A DNA stretch of 64,000 nucleotides from Eledone cirrhosa (taxonomy: Eukaryota): the NCBI GenBank assembly GCA_964016885.1, contig OZ024745.1, positions 71,920,001-71,984,000 on the forward strand, read 5' to 3'. Positions within the stretch are counted from its first letter, which is position 1; each line of letters opens with the position of its first letter. The notes below the pieces were generated by a model. The model saw only the letters and a program-made list of their open reading frames with translations. It had not been told where the DNA came from and did not search any database. Below, piece by piece: positions 1 through 16,141 of the stretch. Position numbers and translations under genes: made by a program.

Positions 1-660
1 AAAGACCATAATTGGAGGAAACCGATAAAGATTTGCGTTGGCAGCAATTAGACACAAAAAAACAAAACAAAACAACTTGTGAAATATTGATAAATTCATT
101 TTCTATGAGAAGTGGAAATTCTCACGTCAAAGTTTTCCTTCCTCCGACCTATTGAATTGATAATTGTTCATATTAACTAATTTGATATCAAACCACCTGG
201 ATCAGTCTCCGGTTCTATGATACACAATTGTTTAGTTCAAAGTGTTTCTATTTAACTAAAAACCTTTCATCATAATTTGTTATGTCCCAAACACCAGCTT
301 AATAAAAAAAGTTAGTTAAATCCCTGCAAAGTTTTGATTATTTTCAAAATTGTTTGAATATTACATGTAGTATCTTCCATTATATTAACCAAATGGTTAA
401 GCATTATGCTTCAAATTCATATAGTATTTGTCTGTGAATGGAAGATACTATGATACGTTTGCTCTAATCAACAATAGGATTAACGTTTAAGTACCAAACC
501 TCCCATTGATATAAACTTTATATTCTGATAGTAATTCTCACTTGTCCATAATCTCTACTTGTTAAATATCTTATCTTATCTATGTTAAATACCTTTGTTA
601 TACGAGCACAACGTCTATCTGATGTTTTGCAAATCACACGAGATTCTATTAGATTAGTTA

Positions 661-981
661 TCTATATATATAAAACTGAGGATGTCTGTGTGTGTTTGTG
701 AGTTAGAATCCCCAAAACTCGAGAAGCACCCAACCGACTGTTTTCAAACTTTACATATGTAATACTTATGTTTCAGGGAGTGTTCTGAGCAAAAGAATTT
801 TAAAATTTTCAATGCCCTAGGGACCGTATTAGGCGATTTAGCGAACTCTCTCTATAATTCTTAGTCTTTCTCTTTTCAGATAGATACATACATATGACGT
901 CGCGCCCTTATAATATCTGTCTGTATGTCTGGCTGTCCGCATTACGTCACTCCCCTGAGGATGTCTGTCTATGTGTGTGTG

Positions 982-1064
<83 letters not shown>

Positions 1065-1661
1065 TTTGAATCCCTAAAATTCGAGAAGTACCCAACGGAT
1101 CTTTTTCAAATTTGTCATGTGTATTACTTATGTATCAGGGAGTGTTATGCACATAAAAGAATTCAACTTTTTGATTTCCTAGGGCCCGCATTAGGTGAAA
1201 AACTGCGTTTTAAAGCTTTTTATGTGTTTTTTGAGGCGTTATGTCAGACCGATTTCCTTGAAATTGTAACTATGTATTAGTCAGTCTCTTCTTCATACCG
1301 TGAGCAAAGAAAACCCAACTTTTTATGGCCTAGGGCCCGCATTAGGTGTACAACTTCATGTTTTCAGCTTTTTAGGGCTTTTTGGAGGCGTTACGTCTAG
1401 CCGATTTTCCCGAAATTTCAAGGCATATTGTGCACATAATTTTTTTTATTTTTTTGATCCCCTAGGTGAAAACGGCATTAGGTGAAAACCTGCATTTTTC
1501 CTGCTTCACCGAGGAAAATCTTAAAGATTATCCAGCCCTCAGATTATTCAGTTTATTTTCTTTACATATTGTCCAGGCATGCAGTTTTTCCACAATTAGG
1601 TATGTTGGCGGCCCGCGTTCCAAAATACCTTATCCCGTGCAACGCCGGGTACCACTGCTAG
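661..1661 (+). mobile_element. Non-autonomous Helitron
   Basis: Starts A|TCTATATATATAAAAC and ends with a GC hairpin CCCGTGCAACGCCGGG then CTAG|T, i.e. inserted between A and T. Internal repeats of CCTAGGGCCCGCATTAGGTG. Confidence 0.85.
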
Positions 1662-2222
1662 TCATATATATAGCCCGGTCATATCTCTTTCTTTAAACTA
1701 TTCCAAACAGTATTTCTAATGAAATCCTTTGTATTTTAATTAATTAGTGAAGAGTTTGAGAAGGATTTACTAAAATCATAATTTCATTAATATGATATTT
1801 GTAACATAACAAAATATTCTCATAAAATTATGCTAGAAAATTTTAAGTAGGAATCCTTCCCTTGATCCTCCGGAACATCCGATATCTGTGACCTGCTACT
1901 TTCTTTATCGACCCCAAAAAGACGAAAGTCAAAGGGGAACTCAGATTTGAACTAAGTGACCGGGAATATATATATATATGAGAGTATTGAAGTTTGCTTG
2001 AAGCATTGTGGAATAATAAGATTTTTTATTTGGGGGGGGGGGGGTCGTTTTGGAAGCCTCAACAATGCAGATGGGTAAATCTCCGGGTAACAGAATCCGG
2101 GGATGAAGAGAGAGATGTAAGGGAATGTAGAGTGGTTGACGCTTGAGAGAAAAGAGTACTCAATACCGAATTAGAGTTTTAATATTCATTTTATAAAAGC
2201 TGATGCCCTAGGGACCGCATAT

Positions 2223-2349
2223 ATATATATATATCAGAGATTGAATTGTCTATGTCTAATATATCCTTTTTTATGGAATTTTGTAGTGAAATGTGATTTG
2301 AGGATAGGGTAGGTGTTATTTCGAGCAGGTCAAGTTAGTTTGATAAGTT

Positions 2350-2410
<61 letters not shown>

Positions 2411-2598
2411 GAAGGAAATGTGGTAAGGAACCAGGTTGACCATAACGCACCAAAGTACTCAATACTTAGGGTAGTAGAGTGGGTTATAGGAAAGAGTAGG
2501 ACCCCGACGGTTGAGCTCAAGCCGTTTCTGAGTCCAGAATTAGCCGTCGAGACGGCTTGAGCTCAGCCGTCGGGGTCCTACTCTTTCCTATATCTATA

Positions 2599-2638
<40 letters not shown>

Positions 2639-2760
2639 AACAACTTATCAAACTAACTTGACCTGCTCGAAATAACACCTACCCTATCTTCAAATCACAT
2701 TTCACCACAAAATTCCATAAAAAAGGTTATATTAGACATAGACAATTCAATCTCTGATAT
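2223..2760. repeat. Inverted repeat (~2225-2352 vs ~2637-2760) enclosing (TA)n and a nested hairpin element
   Basis: ATCAGAGATTGAATTGTC...GTTTGATAAGTTGTT is mirrored by AACAACTTATCAAAC...GACAATTCAATCTCTGAT. Confidence 0.9.
2408..2592 (-). mobile_element. Fold-back (half-hammerhead) short element, copy 1
   Basis: Long terminal hairpin GGACCCCGACGG...CCGTCGGGGTCC and a TATTGAGTAC tail; bounded by (TA)n; homologous to 8808, 57455, 8405, 14050 and 43630. Confidence 0.8.
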
Positions 2761-3844
2761 ATATATATAATCGGAATGATTACAGTTCTAACCACTTTTG
2801 TCATAGGAATGTAGAATCAGGGCTAAGTCTGAGGTTAAATAGCAACACAAAATCAACAATAGCAGTAACGACATAACAACCTTCCGTCATATCAATCATA
2901 AATTATTCAAAGAATGAATAACTCTCTCCACATTTGACTTCTGTTTAGAGAGGCTTTACTTACAAAGCTAATCTTTTTGAGTGAGAAAGATAAAAAAAAA
3001 AAGATTGAAAAGAAAAACATAGACACAATAACTCTAGCTTTTACCTAATGCCGACAAATTTATGATTGATTGAAAAACAAAATGGTCATTATGTCGTGAA
3101 TTTGTATTATCTAGTTCGGTTTGCTTTTAGATTTTATTGTTTTTGTTTTAACTATGTATTTTTAACTATCTATCTTCTCTGTCAGTTCATTCTTCAAAAT
3201 CTTCACGTTCTCTAGCCATTCATTCCACCCTTCATATTTTATTACATTCGTAATAATATTTTCAGTCTTCTCTTCCATCATTTCTATTTTTTCTGTCTTT
3301 ATCTTCTAGCAGCACATCTCTTTTTCTCATTTACAGCTACGTCGTTTTCACTAACTCTTTAGCATTCTCTCTTCTACTATACTTGTCCTAATTTAGCCTC
3401 ACATCCTCTCCCCATATCTTCGCACTTTTGCATCCTCGCGCCTTTAAGTTTGTTAAGCGGTTAAAAAATTGGAGCTCAGGTCACTCTGACACTATAAAAC
3501 AACCATAAAAAGAACATTAAAAAAGAAAATTTCGATAACAAGGTACGCATGCGTATGAACGAGGAGACTGCATCTGTGTGAATAGCCAGATCATATCATA
3601 ATGCGTCCTGTTAAAAAGGTTTAGCTACGAGTCAGAAGACAGTTATACAAGTGAATTACTGTCTACTAACTATTATAGCCAACAGTATGAATGAAGTACG
3701 AGTAAAAGTGTCAGATCCGAAGGATAAAAATGCTATCATATACAGATCTTATCGAAGTTTTACAGGGTTTAGATAATTTTAGCTTAAGCCATTAAAAATG
3801 TACTAACATTAACTGATGTTTTGTTTTATATTATTAGTATATAA

Positions 3845-4008
3845 TGTCGGACGCCATGCTTTGACGCATAGAGTTACGGCCCTTGCCATTCTGAGTTCAA
3901 ATCCCGCCGAGGTTAACTTTGCCTTTCATCCTTACGGGGTCGATAAAATAAACTACCAGTAATACACTGGGTAATTGCTGGCCTTGTGCCAACAGTAGAA
4001 ACAATTAT
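3845..4008 (+). mobile_element. tRNA-derived SINE family A (5'-truncated)
   Basis: B box GAGTTCAAATCC, then CCGAGGTTAACTTTGCCTTTCATCC...GGGTCGATAAAAT, as in many other copies in the window. Confidence 0.8.
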
Positions 4009-4126
4009 TAGTATATAATGTATTTGTATCTATAGCACATATACATATTTGTGTTTCTTTCTGTGCATGTGTGTGTTTCTATCTATTCATGAGTGTGTTA
4101 CTCCATCTACTTCTCACCCCCCCCTT

Positions 4127-4188
<62 letters not shown>

Positions 4189-5088
4189 TCTCACTCCCCC
4201 TCTCTCTCTTGCTCTCTCTGTGCTTGTGTGTTTACCAAGTATAACAGACAATGTGAACGAGAAAAATAGAAAGCCAAATGGGAATCGAGAACAAAACACT
4301 GATTTTATTAACGTTTGTGGTGAGGTGTTGTCTAGTGTTTCTCTGAAACAGTCTACCGATTGAGCTAGATTTCTCATCGAACCACACTTGTTTTATCGCC
4401 TTCCGATACTCTCGACAGACGTGCCATCGAGTATAGAACGTAAGTAGGACCACATGTTATTCACACCAGCTTCTGAGGTGGGGTGAATGCTTTAGAAGCT
4501 TTCAGTTTGACAACTAGAGAGTGATGGAAATCCTTACTCTCGTGTGAGCAAAAATGTTCCCTGCTCTTGAGTATCATAGAAGTCAAACGTGGTCACACAT
4601 TTTCAGGCATGTAAGCACACACATTCACGTTTAAATATGCACAAGATATCCCTATATATATACACCTACATATATACACATAAATTTATATACGAATGAA
4701 AGTTCGAATCATGTAAAATTTCAGTATTTTAAATTGCATTTACCTTAAATATAATGCATAGGGTGAAGATATATATCTACTTAAGGATTTTTCTCGCCAT
4801 CATCTGTAAGACGTACGATGAGATTGGCCACATGATAGAATATTTTTAATGCACAATATATTTGGTTTCTTTCTGATATTGTAAAACCTCACCAGTATCA
4901 ATAGACTTCCACGGCGAAGGAAAGTAACGTTGTTTTATTTTCTTTCTCATGTACACAAATTTGAAAATAATTATCTTTGATTTTGATTCAATGTTGATAA
5001 TAATAATAATAATATATATATATATTGTTATATTTGGGGATGGTCATGTTACCAATACTGCCAATATATATATATATATATATATATA

Positions 5089-5284
5089 AGACCTGGGCAA
5101 CATCTAAAAACCCAAACGGGGAGTACCATGAAAAATAGTGTCCCAAAACGAGGAGAAATGAAGCAAAATGAAATGGGGAGATTTTACATAATGAAAGTTA
5201 TACCCATTTTCACAAGAGAAGACATCTCTCACCCACCCCAAAATGGGAGGGAGATCTCCCCGTCGAACGAGGAGAGTTGACAAG

Positions 5285-5288
<4 letters not shown>
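5089..5288 (-). mobile_element. MITE-like element (CAGACYTG..CAAC termini)
   Basis: Imperfect TIRs; homologous to 40536-40685 and 46703-46854. Confidence 0.7.
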
Positions 5289-5337
<49 letters not shown>

Positions 5338-6139
5338 TCCATGAGCTATACCGATGAGATATAAAGATATCGAAACGTGCGTCTAGATATAGTGGAAGCA
5401 AACAATATATAATGTTTAACTTAAACAAGATCAGTCACCGCTTGTCTGAGTTGTATATACAATAGTATGTATGTATAGACCCGTAATCCCTGATGAACTC
5501 GTAGGGGTGGCGAGTGTCTTGGGCATTTAAAACCTGGTGGAGCTCATTCCTTCTTCATGTCTGAACACCTTAATTTATTTTTCATAAACTGAGAGAATGA
5601 GTGATATAAAAGCATCGCTCACAGTACTGGACAGGTGATTTTTTTTTTATCGAACTTGAAAAAATGAAAAGCACACTTGACTTTTGCAGGGGTGGGACTC
5701 AGAGTGCAGAGAGCCGAACCGGACACCGCAAAGCATCTACCCGACGTTCTAACCATTCTGACAATTCGCTGCTTGCACCTATAACAGATGAAGTGAATAA
5801 AAAACTTCTCTCAAATACAATAGAGAATACTGAGTATTAACTGAATTCGAAACTTCAACATATGCTTTACATTGAACAATAAATACATATTTCATCTCTG
5901 AAAGGAAAAAGGATATAAACGTATTTACCAGATGGAAAACAGTAGGAGTAAGAAAATGACGTACCATATGAATGATAAAATAATACTATACTAACCATTC
6001 CCTCCCACCCATATCACGACACATACACACGCATATACACACATATACACATATGTATATGTGTGTGTGGCTTAGTGGTTAGTCTGTTCGGCTCACGATC
6101 GTAAGATCGTGTTCAATTCCTGGGTGCATGTTAAGGAGC

Positions 6140-6450
6140 ATAATGGATTTAATAATATTGTTCCAATTTCAGAGGGGTCTCCTTATTAAGCCTACCCGGT
6201 AAAGTCTATGCTAAGTGTTTTGCAAAGAGATGTAGGGAGATTGTCGAATCCAAGCTAGCTGATGAACAGAGCGATTTTCGTCTCGGATGCAGCACAGCCC
6301 ACCAAATATTCACACTGAGGCAGTGTTGCCAAATGTATTGCCAAAAGGTTTATTCTTGTTTTGTCGACCTTGAAAAGACATATGATCACGTTCCGCGGGA
6401 CCTGCTGCGGAAGGTTCTATTGGAGTATTGCTGCCCTGATGATCTATACG
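6140..6450 (+). pseudogene. RTE-type LINE reverse transcriptase fragment
   Basis: Translates (broken) as NFRGVSLLSLPGKVYAK..EQSDFR..STAHQIFTLRQ..CFVDLEKTYDHVPR. Confidence 0.85.
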
Positions 6451-6451
6451 A

Positions 6452-7400
6452 ATGCCCGAGTCTATGTTCATGTCTTTGAATACTTTCAACCTAAAATCTA
6501 CAAATTATCCACGCAAAGTAAATGGACTCGCTTCTTTCGAATCCGATCTAATTAATCTAGCAGCAAACACAACACTCTGCAAATACTCTACATCTTTCCA
6601 AAACGATTTAAATAGAGACCTAAACATTTTAAAATTCTTCAGTAAGCATTTCGTTCTATCGGATGAAACTAACAACCTCTATGAACTCGATCCTACCACC
6701 CATAACCAATTTCTAGACAAGTCAATACAATCTATGGAACTAAGAACTAGGGCTAAAAATCACCGTATCTACCAACTTCACTAATGTTAACATGTTAGAT
6801 TTCAACCCAGACATACGTACACACAGCATAGACCCTTCCATAAGCCTAGCGAAAACCTTAGATACACACCAAAGAACTCCTGCCATTCCCATATAGTCTT
6901 ACAAAATTTAGTTAAGAATATTTGCAAGCGGATCTCAAACTCCTCTTCTAACCAAGCCGTTTTCGATAGGGCAACCTTCTACTATAATACAGCCTTGCGC
7001 AATAGCAGCTTCTCCGAGAATACTTCCTACACTCCAAGTCACACCCCAAATACCGATAAGGAAAAACCTAGAAATAAAGTAAAAATCTGGTTATATCCTC
7101 CTTTCTCGTTAAATATAAAACCTAATGTCGGAAAGGCGTTTTTAGATCGCATAGACACACACTTCCCCTAGGACACAAATACCACAATATCTTTAACCGT
7201 CATATGGTCAAAATTGGATACTCTTGCTTAAGCAACAGAGACCCAAAGTATAAGGATTTTCTTGGACAAAATCTGAGTGATGTCCTCTGTATCAACAATG
7301 CAAACCACAGCGGTAATATACGAAGCTGAAGTCTCTCCCCCGCCAAAGGGAGTCCTGGAAATACGTCGGTATGTGACAGAGCCGGTTTAATAATCGCTGT
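6452..7400 (+). pseudogene. Penelope-like element remnant (RT C-terminus, linker and start of GIY-YIG)
   Basis: Degenerate translation includes WLYPPFSLNIKPNVGKAFLDRIDTHFP, HNIFNRHMVKIGYSC, CPL..QC, VIYEAEV and KYVG. Confidence 0.75.
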
Positions 7401-7411
7401 AGCGACTGGTC

Positions 7412-7523
<112 letters not shown>

Positions 7524-8300
7524 TGGAACAAGTAAACATTAAACAATCTTTTAAATAAATTAAAATACGATTTAAATATTTACCTCTTCTAGTGCTATGA
7601 CCGGCGGTTTCGCTTATCAAAAGATCCGCTCATATTTACAGTTCTGGTATCTCAAATTAGTACCATAGAACAACCACTATTATAGATACCATATATATTT
7701 CCGTGGGTACCTAGTACCTACTGGGATATCTATATCATTTATCTAATTCTCCTTAATGTAGAGAAAAAAATATGCTGTATCATGCTGCTATTTCTAGCAG
7801 CATGAAATATCAGCGAGTCTATAATTCCCGCTTTTTCTAACGGTCCAATAAGTGTGTGGGTCATTTTAACGGCTTGATTCATTCACTGGGCAGAGGGTGA
7901 CATATCTACATATATACGGACTTATGTCTAGTAGATTTGGAAAAGCTATCTGAAGAGCTATATCTTTCCATTGGAAATTCTCTGAATTTCCAATCTTTTG
8001 ATAAGCAAAACCGCCGGTTTTAGAAGAGGTAAATATTTAAATCCTATTTTAATTTATTTAAAAGATTGTTTAATGTTTACTTGTTCCGCTCATATTTACA
8101 GTTCTGGTATCTCAAATTAGTACCATAGAACAACCACTATTATAGATACCATATATATTTCCGTGGGTACCTAGTACCTACTGGGATATCTATTTCGTAT
8201 ATTTATATATATATATATATTTGCTCTATGGTTTTTATATATTTGATATATATTTTTCCTTATCGAGCCCTCTTTGGATTTTACTCTTCACATTTATTAT

Positions 8301-8368
<68 letters not shown>

Positions 8369-8404
8369 GTGTGTGTGTGCGTGCGTGTGCATGTGTGTGT
8401 ATAA

Positions 8405-8550
8405 ACAGTCTCAGAGTCTGGAGCTAGCTGTTGAAACGGCAAGAGCTCAGCCGTTGGCTCCAGACTCTTTATAATATAGCCATACTCTACTACCCCAAGT
8501 ATCGAGTACTCTGTTGAGTAATGGTTTAACCAGTTTCAAACTGGTTCTAT
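8405..8550 (+). mobile_element. Fold-back short element, divergent copy
   Basis: GAAACGGCAAGAGCTCAGCCGTT flanked by AGAGTCTGGAGC/GCTCCAGACTCT; tail TACTC..ATCGAGTAC. Confidence 0.65.
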
Positions 8551-8756
8551 CCTTATTTATTTATATATAGAGAGAAGATAACTAGCCTTAACGTTGCATT
8601 ACCATCTTTGTTTGTTTACTGTCTCGCTCGTTCCCCCTATTTACGTGTCCCAACGACCTTCTTTTGCCGCTGCTCGCACCAGCCAGAGGTATATGGTCTT
8701 TAAAGCGATGAAATACCAATGAAGGCTGGAAGATCACCGATGAAGGACTAAATGTA

Positions 8757-8807
<51 letters not shown>

Positions 8808-8809
<2 letters not shown>

Positions 8810-8967
8810 CGAAGGAAATGTGGTAAGGAACCAGGTGGACCATAACGCACCAAAGTACTCAATACTTAGGGTAGTAGAGTGGGTAATAGGAACGAGTAGG
8901 ACCCCAACTGCAGAGTCCAGAATTAACCATCGATACGGCTTGAGCTCAGCAGTCGGGGTCCTACTGG

Positions 8968-8970
<3 letters not shown>
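8808..8970 (-). mobile_element. Fold-back short element copy
   Basis: Nearly identical tail to 2408-2592; (TA)n on both sides. Confidence 0.8.
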
Positions 8971-9029
<59 letters not shown>

Positions 9030-9176
9030 AAAGAATAGAGGTGTAACACACAAGTTATGATATATTGGTAAACGGAATAGAAAATGCTGACAAATTGTTC
9101 ACAGTGAAAAATACTTTAATTAGGAATAAGTGAGAATTAGTAATAGTATTGGTTAGTATTCAGTTTTGGTTTTTAG

Positions 9177-9212
9177 TTTTACCGGTTGCGCATTTCTAAT
9201 GCTTTTCAAAAA
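9177..9212 (-). ncRNA. Hammerhead-like motif, UUGAAAA/GCAA variant
   Basis: TTT TTGAAAA GCAT-TAGAA-ATGC GCAA CCGG TA AAA. Confidence 0.55.
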
Positions 9213-10395
9213 TAATTTTGAGATAGAGCGTCCGTGATGTTTGCTCTGATCTGATTAGTTTTGGGAATTCTACCTGTTTTTATGTTAAAAAAGTGGCTCC
9301 AGCGGTATTAAAATAAGTTTTGCGCCAATTCGTGTTGCAAAATTTCTTGTGGTCAAAACAATTTTGATTGGTCAGTAGAGGTCATGTGAATGTAAAAAAT
9401 TGATTTTGCCCCAAATGTAGGTTTGTGTCGGCTGACTGAGAAATAAGTCTTTCACAACAAATATGTGTGTGTGTGTGTAGTAGTAGTAGTAAAGAGGTTC
9501 GTTGTTGTGATAATGGTCAGCAGGGATGTGTGTGCGAACCGCAGCCTGTTGACAGTTCAAATGCCTATTAAGACAAGTGTGTGTGTGTGTGTGTGTATCA
9601 GAGTAATTCGTGGTAGAGGGATAGTCAGTAGGAATGTGGCTGTAAGTGTGTGGGGGATATTTTAACATGTTAAAAGATATTTTTCAGCTCTTGTCTTATA
9701 CGGAGAAGTGTGTGTGTGTGTGTGTGTGTATGTCTCTTTGTATGTTAATGTACGCGTGTGTATGTGTGTGTGTATATATATGTGTGTGTGTATATATATG
9801 TGTGTGTGTGAGAGAATGTGTGTGTGTGTGTGGGTGGACCAGTATTTTTTTCTGGTAAAATGGTGTCAATTATTCGATATTTTCAGTAAAATCGATTCTC
9901 TCAATAGAACATCAAAAACCTTAATAATAAAAGGTGTGAAATGATATATAGTATTGGCATAATACCAAGGTGTGTGTGAGTGTGTCCAGATTGTACGTAC
10001 TGCAAGGGGATCCATTAAGCCTTGCCGTATTGGAATACCTGTGCACAAATATGTATCTGGAGTGTGTCCAGAAATTGTATACCTGTGCACAAATATGTAT
10101 CTGGAGTGTGTCCAGATTGTACGTACTGCAAGGGGAATTCATTAGGCTTTGCCGTATTGGAATACCTCTGCACAAATATGTATGTGCCCATCAGTGTGCA
10201 ATGCATGTGTGCGTTTATGTATGTGTGTGTGTCGGCACGTTTATATCTATAGACATCAAAAGGTATGCAAATTTGTGTATATTTGTGTTGCACCATAGAA
10301 AATGTGTGTTTACGTATGTCATTGTGTTTATATGTGGGTAGAGATGTATGCTGATGTAGGTATGTATGTTGACGTGTGTATGTTGTGGGTTCGTC

Positions 10396-11448
10396 TTAGG
10401 GAGAAGTGTTTAGACGGGGTCCGTATTTGTTAATAAAGTAAGATTCCTTGCTGATGCGCTGGGTGTGGGTGGCATTATCTTTAAATTTATAGAGGGGAAA
10501 GATTCTGAAGTTGGGATGATTTTGGGCGGCACAGGTATCAATGTGTTCACTCAGTGGTATTTTCCTGTATTCCCGTATTTTAATTTGGGATCTATGGACA
10601 GTCATGCGTTGGCGGAGGCTGTTTTTGGTCTGGCCTATGTATTGTTCTCGACAATCTGAGCAAGTTAATACATATATTAGATTTTCTGATGCGCATGTGA
10701 AATTGTGTTTTAATATAAAGCGTTGTCCTTCTTTGAAATAGAATTCCGAACCCTCTATTAGGTTGATGCAAATGCCACAGTTGGGTCTATCGCATTTTTT
10801 TTACTGTGGGTTTCGTTGTTGTGGTTGGCAGTACTTTGGCATGTGTTAGGATGTTTTTCATTGACTTAGATTGTCTTTTGCTCTTTATGATATCGTGTGT
10901 TCGTAGGATTTGGTTCATTCTGTGGTCCTTTTTCAACACAGGGATGTTCTGGAGGATGGTGTCAAAGGCCTCATTATTGAGGAGGTTGTGTGTGGAGATG
11001 TATGGAAGTGCTTTTAGTTTCGGTTGATTTACTTTAGGGTGTCTAAGGTCCTGGGTACTGAGTTTTAGGGCACGTTGGATTCCATTGTCAATTAGTGATG
11101 CAGGGTAGTCCCTGCCTATGAGTGTGTCCTTTAGTTCTTGTAGCCGTAAGTTGCAGGTGTTTTTATTGGAGACTATAGTACAGATTCTCTTGGCTAAGTT
11201 GTAGGGAATATTAATTCTAACGTGTCTAGGGTGGCAAGAGTTGAAAGGAAGATATTGCTTGGAGCCTGTGGGCTTGTAGTATATGTCTGTTTCTATTTTT
11301 TTGTTATGAATCTTAATGAGGATGTCGAGGAAGGGGAGTTGTTGATGGCTGTATTCCATCGTGAAGTTAATATTTGTGTTGAGCCTATTTATAAGGGTGT
11401 AAAATTCTTTAAGTTTCTCGATGTTTTCGTGCCAAAGGAGGAAGCATA
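10396..11448 (-). pseudogene. PLE RT C-terminus, Cys linker and GIY-YIG endonuclease (frameshift near 10790)
   Basis: CFLLW..INFTMEYS..LPFLDILI..TDIYYKPT..YLPFNSCHP; then RPNCGIC..LIYVLTCSDCREQYIGQT..LRQRMTVH..KESYFI..LN. Confidence 0.9.
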
Positions 11449-11581
11449 TCGAATAAAGTACACCATTTTACCAGAAAAAAATACTGGTCCACCCACACAC
11501 ACACACACATTCTCTCTCACACACACACACACACATATATACACACACACATACACACGCGTACATTAACATACAAAGAGA

Positions 11582-11629
<48 letters not shown>

Positions 11630-11772
11630 GACAGACAGACACACACACACACACACACACACACTTCTCCGTATAAGACAAGAGCTGAAAAATATCTTTT
11701 AACATGTTAAAATATCCCCCAGACACTTACAGACACATTCCTACTGACCATCCCTCTACCACGAATTACTCT

Positions 11773-11815
<43 letters not shown>

Positions 11816-12024
11816 TTGTCTTAATAGGCATTTGAACTGTCAACAGGCTGCGGTACGCACACACATCCCTGCTGACCATTATCACAACAACGAACCTATT
11901 TACTACTACTACAACTACTACACACACACACACACACACACATATTTGTTGTGAAAGACTTATTTCTCAGTCAGCCGACACAAACCTACATTTGGCGCAA
12001 AATCAGCATTTTCTATTCCGTTTA

Positions 12025-13680
<1,656 letters not shown>

Positions 13681-14049
13681 TGAGACGCAAGAACAAAAAA
13701 AAAAAAAGCTGGGGAAGAAAGAAAATGAAGTCAACTAAGATAAGGCGATGCAAAGTAAATGAAATGGCGGTGAAAGGGATGGCATCAGCATAAGAGACGA
13801 AAGTGATGGGAACTAATGAAAAGACCAATGGAAGGGGTGTGGTGCTATTAAAATAACATCGCTGCGAATTTGTGAGGGTATTTTTTAAACGACCATATTT
13901 TTTGAGATCCCCATGTCCCATGTGAAATGCAGCAATATGCTCCATTAAATACAACTAAATTCGTCCATTCGCACAAACACACACATATCTGTATCCATTA
14001 TATGTATGTATGTATGTATAAATATTTATATATAGAGAGCGCTCATATA

Positions 14050-14240
14050 TAGTAGAGTGTCAGCTCTCGACGGCTGAGCTCTTGCCGTATCGACAGCAAA
14101 TTTTAATCTCTGAGCCTCGAATTTGCTGTCGAAACCGCAGGAACTCAGCCGTCGGACTCTGACTTTATATGTTATTTGCACTCTCCTATCCCAAATATCC
14201 AGTACTTTGCTGAATAATCGTCTTAGTAGTCTAAAACTGA
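14050..14240 (+). mobile_element. Fold-back short element, divergent subfamily
   Basis: CGACAGCAAATT...AATTTGCTGTCGAAAC..CTCAGCCGTC with mirrored arms. Confidence 0.65.
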
Positions 14241-14260
14241 TGTAATCCTGATCTATCTAT

Positions 14261-14344
<84 letters not shown>

Positions 14345-14906
14345 TGTGTGTGTGTTGTGTATATCCGTATGTATGTGATTGTTTTGGTGTTTTTTTTTGT
14401 AAAAGAGTAACTGAGAACTGTTCCAATAAGTACTCAATACATTTGCCCATTCCTACTCCTATATTACACCATTCAGTCTTTTTACATCTCTTTTCACCAA
14501 TCCTCTCTGTTTACCCGGGAGCAAAATTTGGGTTTGACAATTTTTGTTTAGAGTATATTTCGTTACCAGAAAGGTTGTAGCGTTAGATTTCTTCATGCTC
14601 CGCAGTTCGTGTAAAAGCATGTGGCGACCATATCTAAGAGCTATAGTCAACACAATTGAGGGGACAAATGATTTCAATGCAACAAAAATAGTTTCTCGTT
14701 CTCTCGTTCTGAATAATCTCAGGATCCAACCATCCGGTCATCTGCAGATTATTGTCATCTTAATAATATGCACATGAAACGATTAATTCTTACTCCTAAT
14801 AATTCTACTAGTGTCACCATAGTTGCAAGCTCACCAGAAGTGTTTGTTTCATCGAATCTACAAAGAGAGTGATATAGATAGAAATAGAGATAGATGGATA
14901 GATAGG

Positions 14907-14938
<32 letters not shown>

Positions 14939-15721
14939 AAAAAAGGGGGGGGGGAGGAGCTAGCAGGTAATTATGAAAAAGATGACAATCTATACAAATA
15001 TATAAGTTTACGTCGATGTTTTGGCAAAACCTCATTAGAAATATAGTAATAAAAGAGTTAATAAGAGAGTCTTTGTTTTAAATGATCTTCAAAATCTAAT
15101 TTCGTATTTAAGACTAGAATTTGACATAGAATGAAGACATCTAGAAGTTCATAGAAATAGCTTGAAAATGTGCTTGAGAGTAAGTGAGGAGGTAGTTTGT
15201 GAAAATAAAATGAGTTGTGAAAGCATTACATTAAATAAATAAGTAAATATTGAAATACAATACAAGTCTATAAATATTGATTTAAAAGTTCTACCAAATT
15301 ATAAACGCTGTAATTGAAAGTAAAGAGTAAAAGAAAGTTTTAGATAAAGTTATGTAAACATGGTTAATCTGATAAATTTCTATCAGGATTTGCAGAGGTT
15401 TTCATGCTAAAAAGATTTTTTAAATAGTCATATCTACTTGTCATATCTACTAGTCATATATACTTGATTCAAATGTAGTGAATGTATGAAATGGTAAATA
15501 TTTATAGTAAATGGTTTCTAGTATTTAATTTCCTCAAGTTATGTCATGGATTTAAATCCCATGTGATCAATATTGACTGTCACCTTTCCCCCCTTGCAAC
15601 CAAAAGAGGGAATACAACCAAAACTACGCTACAAAAATAAGTGGCTTCTTCAACTATTTTTCAAAGTAAAATCACAATTACTATATATATATATAGTCAG
15701 CTTATATAAATATAAATATAA

Positions 15722-15845
<124 letters not shown>

Positions 15846-15865
15846 ACACACACACACACACACAT

Positions 15866-15896
<31 letters not shown>

Positions 15897-15952
15897 GTGA
15901 AAGAATGAAGAATAACATGGTCAACAGTAAAAAAAAAGGGTTTTATCTACAG

Positions 15953-16058
15953 TATTAACAATTGTTTCATTGATTAGGGTGTCTAAAAATTGCTAATCAC
16001 TTGAAGTTGTGTCATTCAATTTTAAATACAATGAATGCCTAATCAAATCATCAGAGTA
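15953..16058 (-). ncRNA. Type I hammerhead ribozyme (long stem II)
   Basis: Inverted copy of 16142-16247, with one stem I mismatch. Confidence 0.65.
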
Positions 16059-16141
16059 ACTGATTAAAATTATACACGGCGTTTGTAATATACTAGGTAT
16101 ATACCTATATATTACAAACACCGTGTATAATTTTAATGAGT

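Noticed and set aside
6140-7400. RTE-PLE chimeric retroelement
   Set aside because: Both parts are decayed and seen only once; a nested insertion or deletion is the simpler explanation.
9970-10185. Repeat array resembling CRISPR
   Set aside because: These are tandem units without unique spacers in a PLE 3' region; the context is eukaryotic and there are no cas genes.
13893-13938. Further HHR-like motifs (also ~4330-4385, ~14545-14600, ~26549-26587, ~43365-43415, ~49625-49670, ~56704-56745)
   Set aside because: The core has several mismatches or weak stems. They may be decayed copies but cannot be supported individually.
14459-14777. Short non-repetitive ORFs
   Set aside because: No recognisable domain or convincing splice context; probably part of a decayed element.
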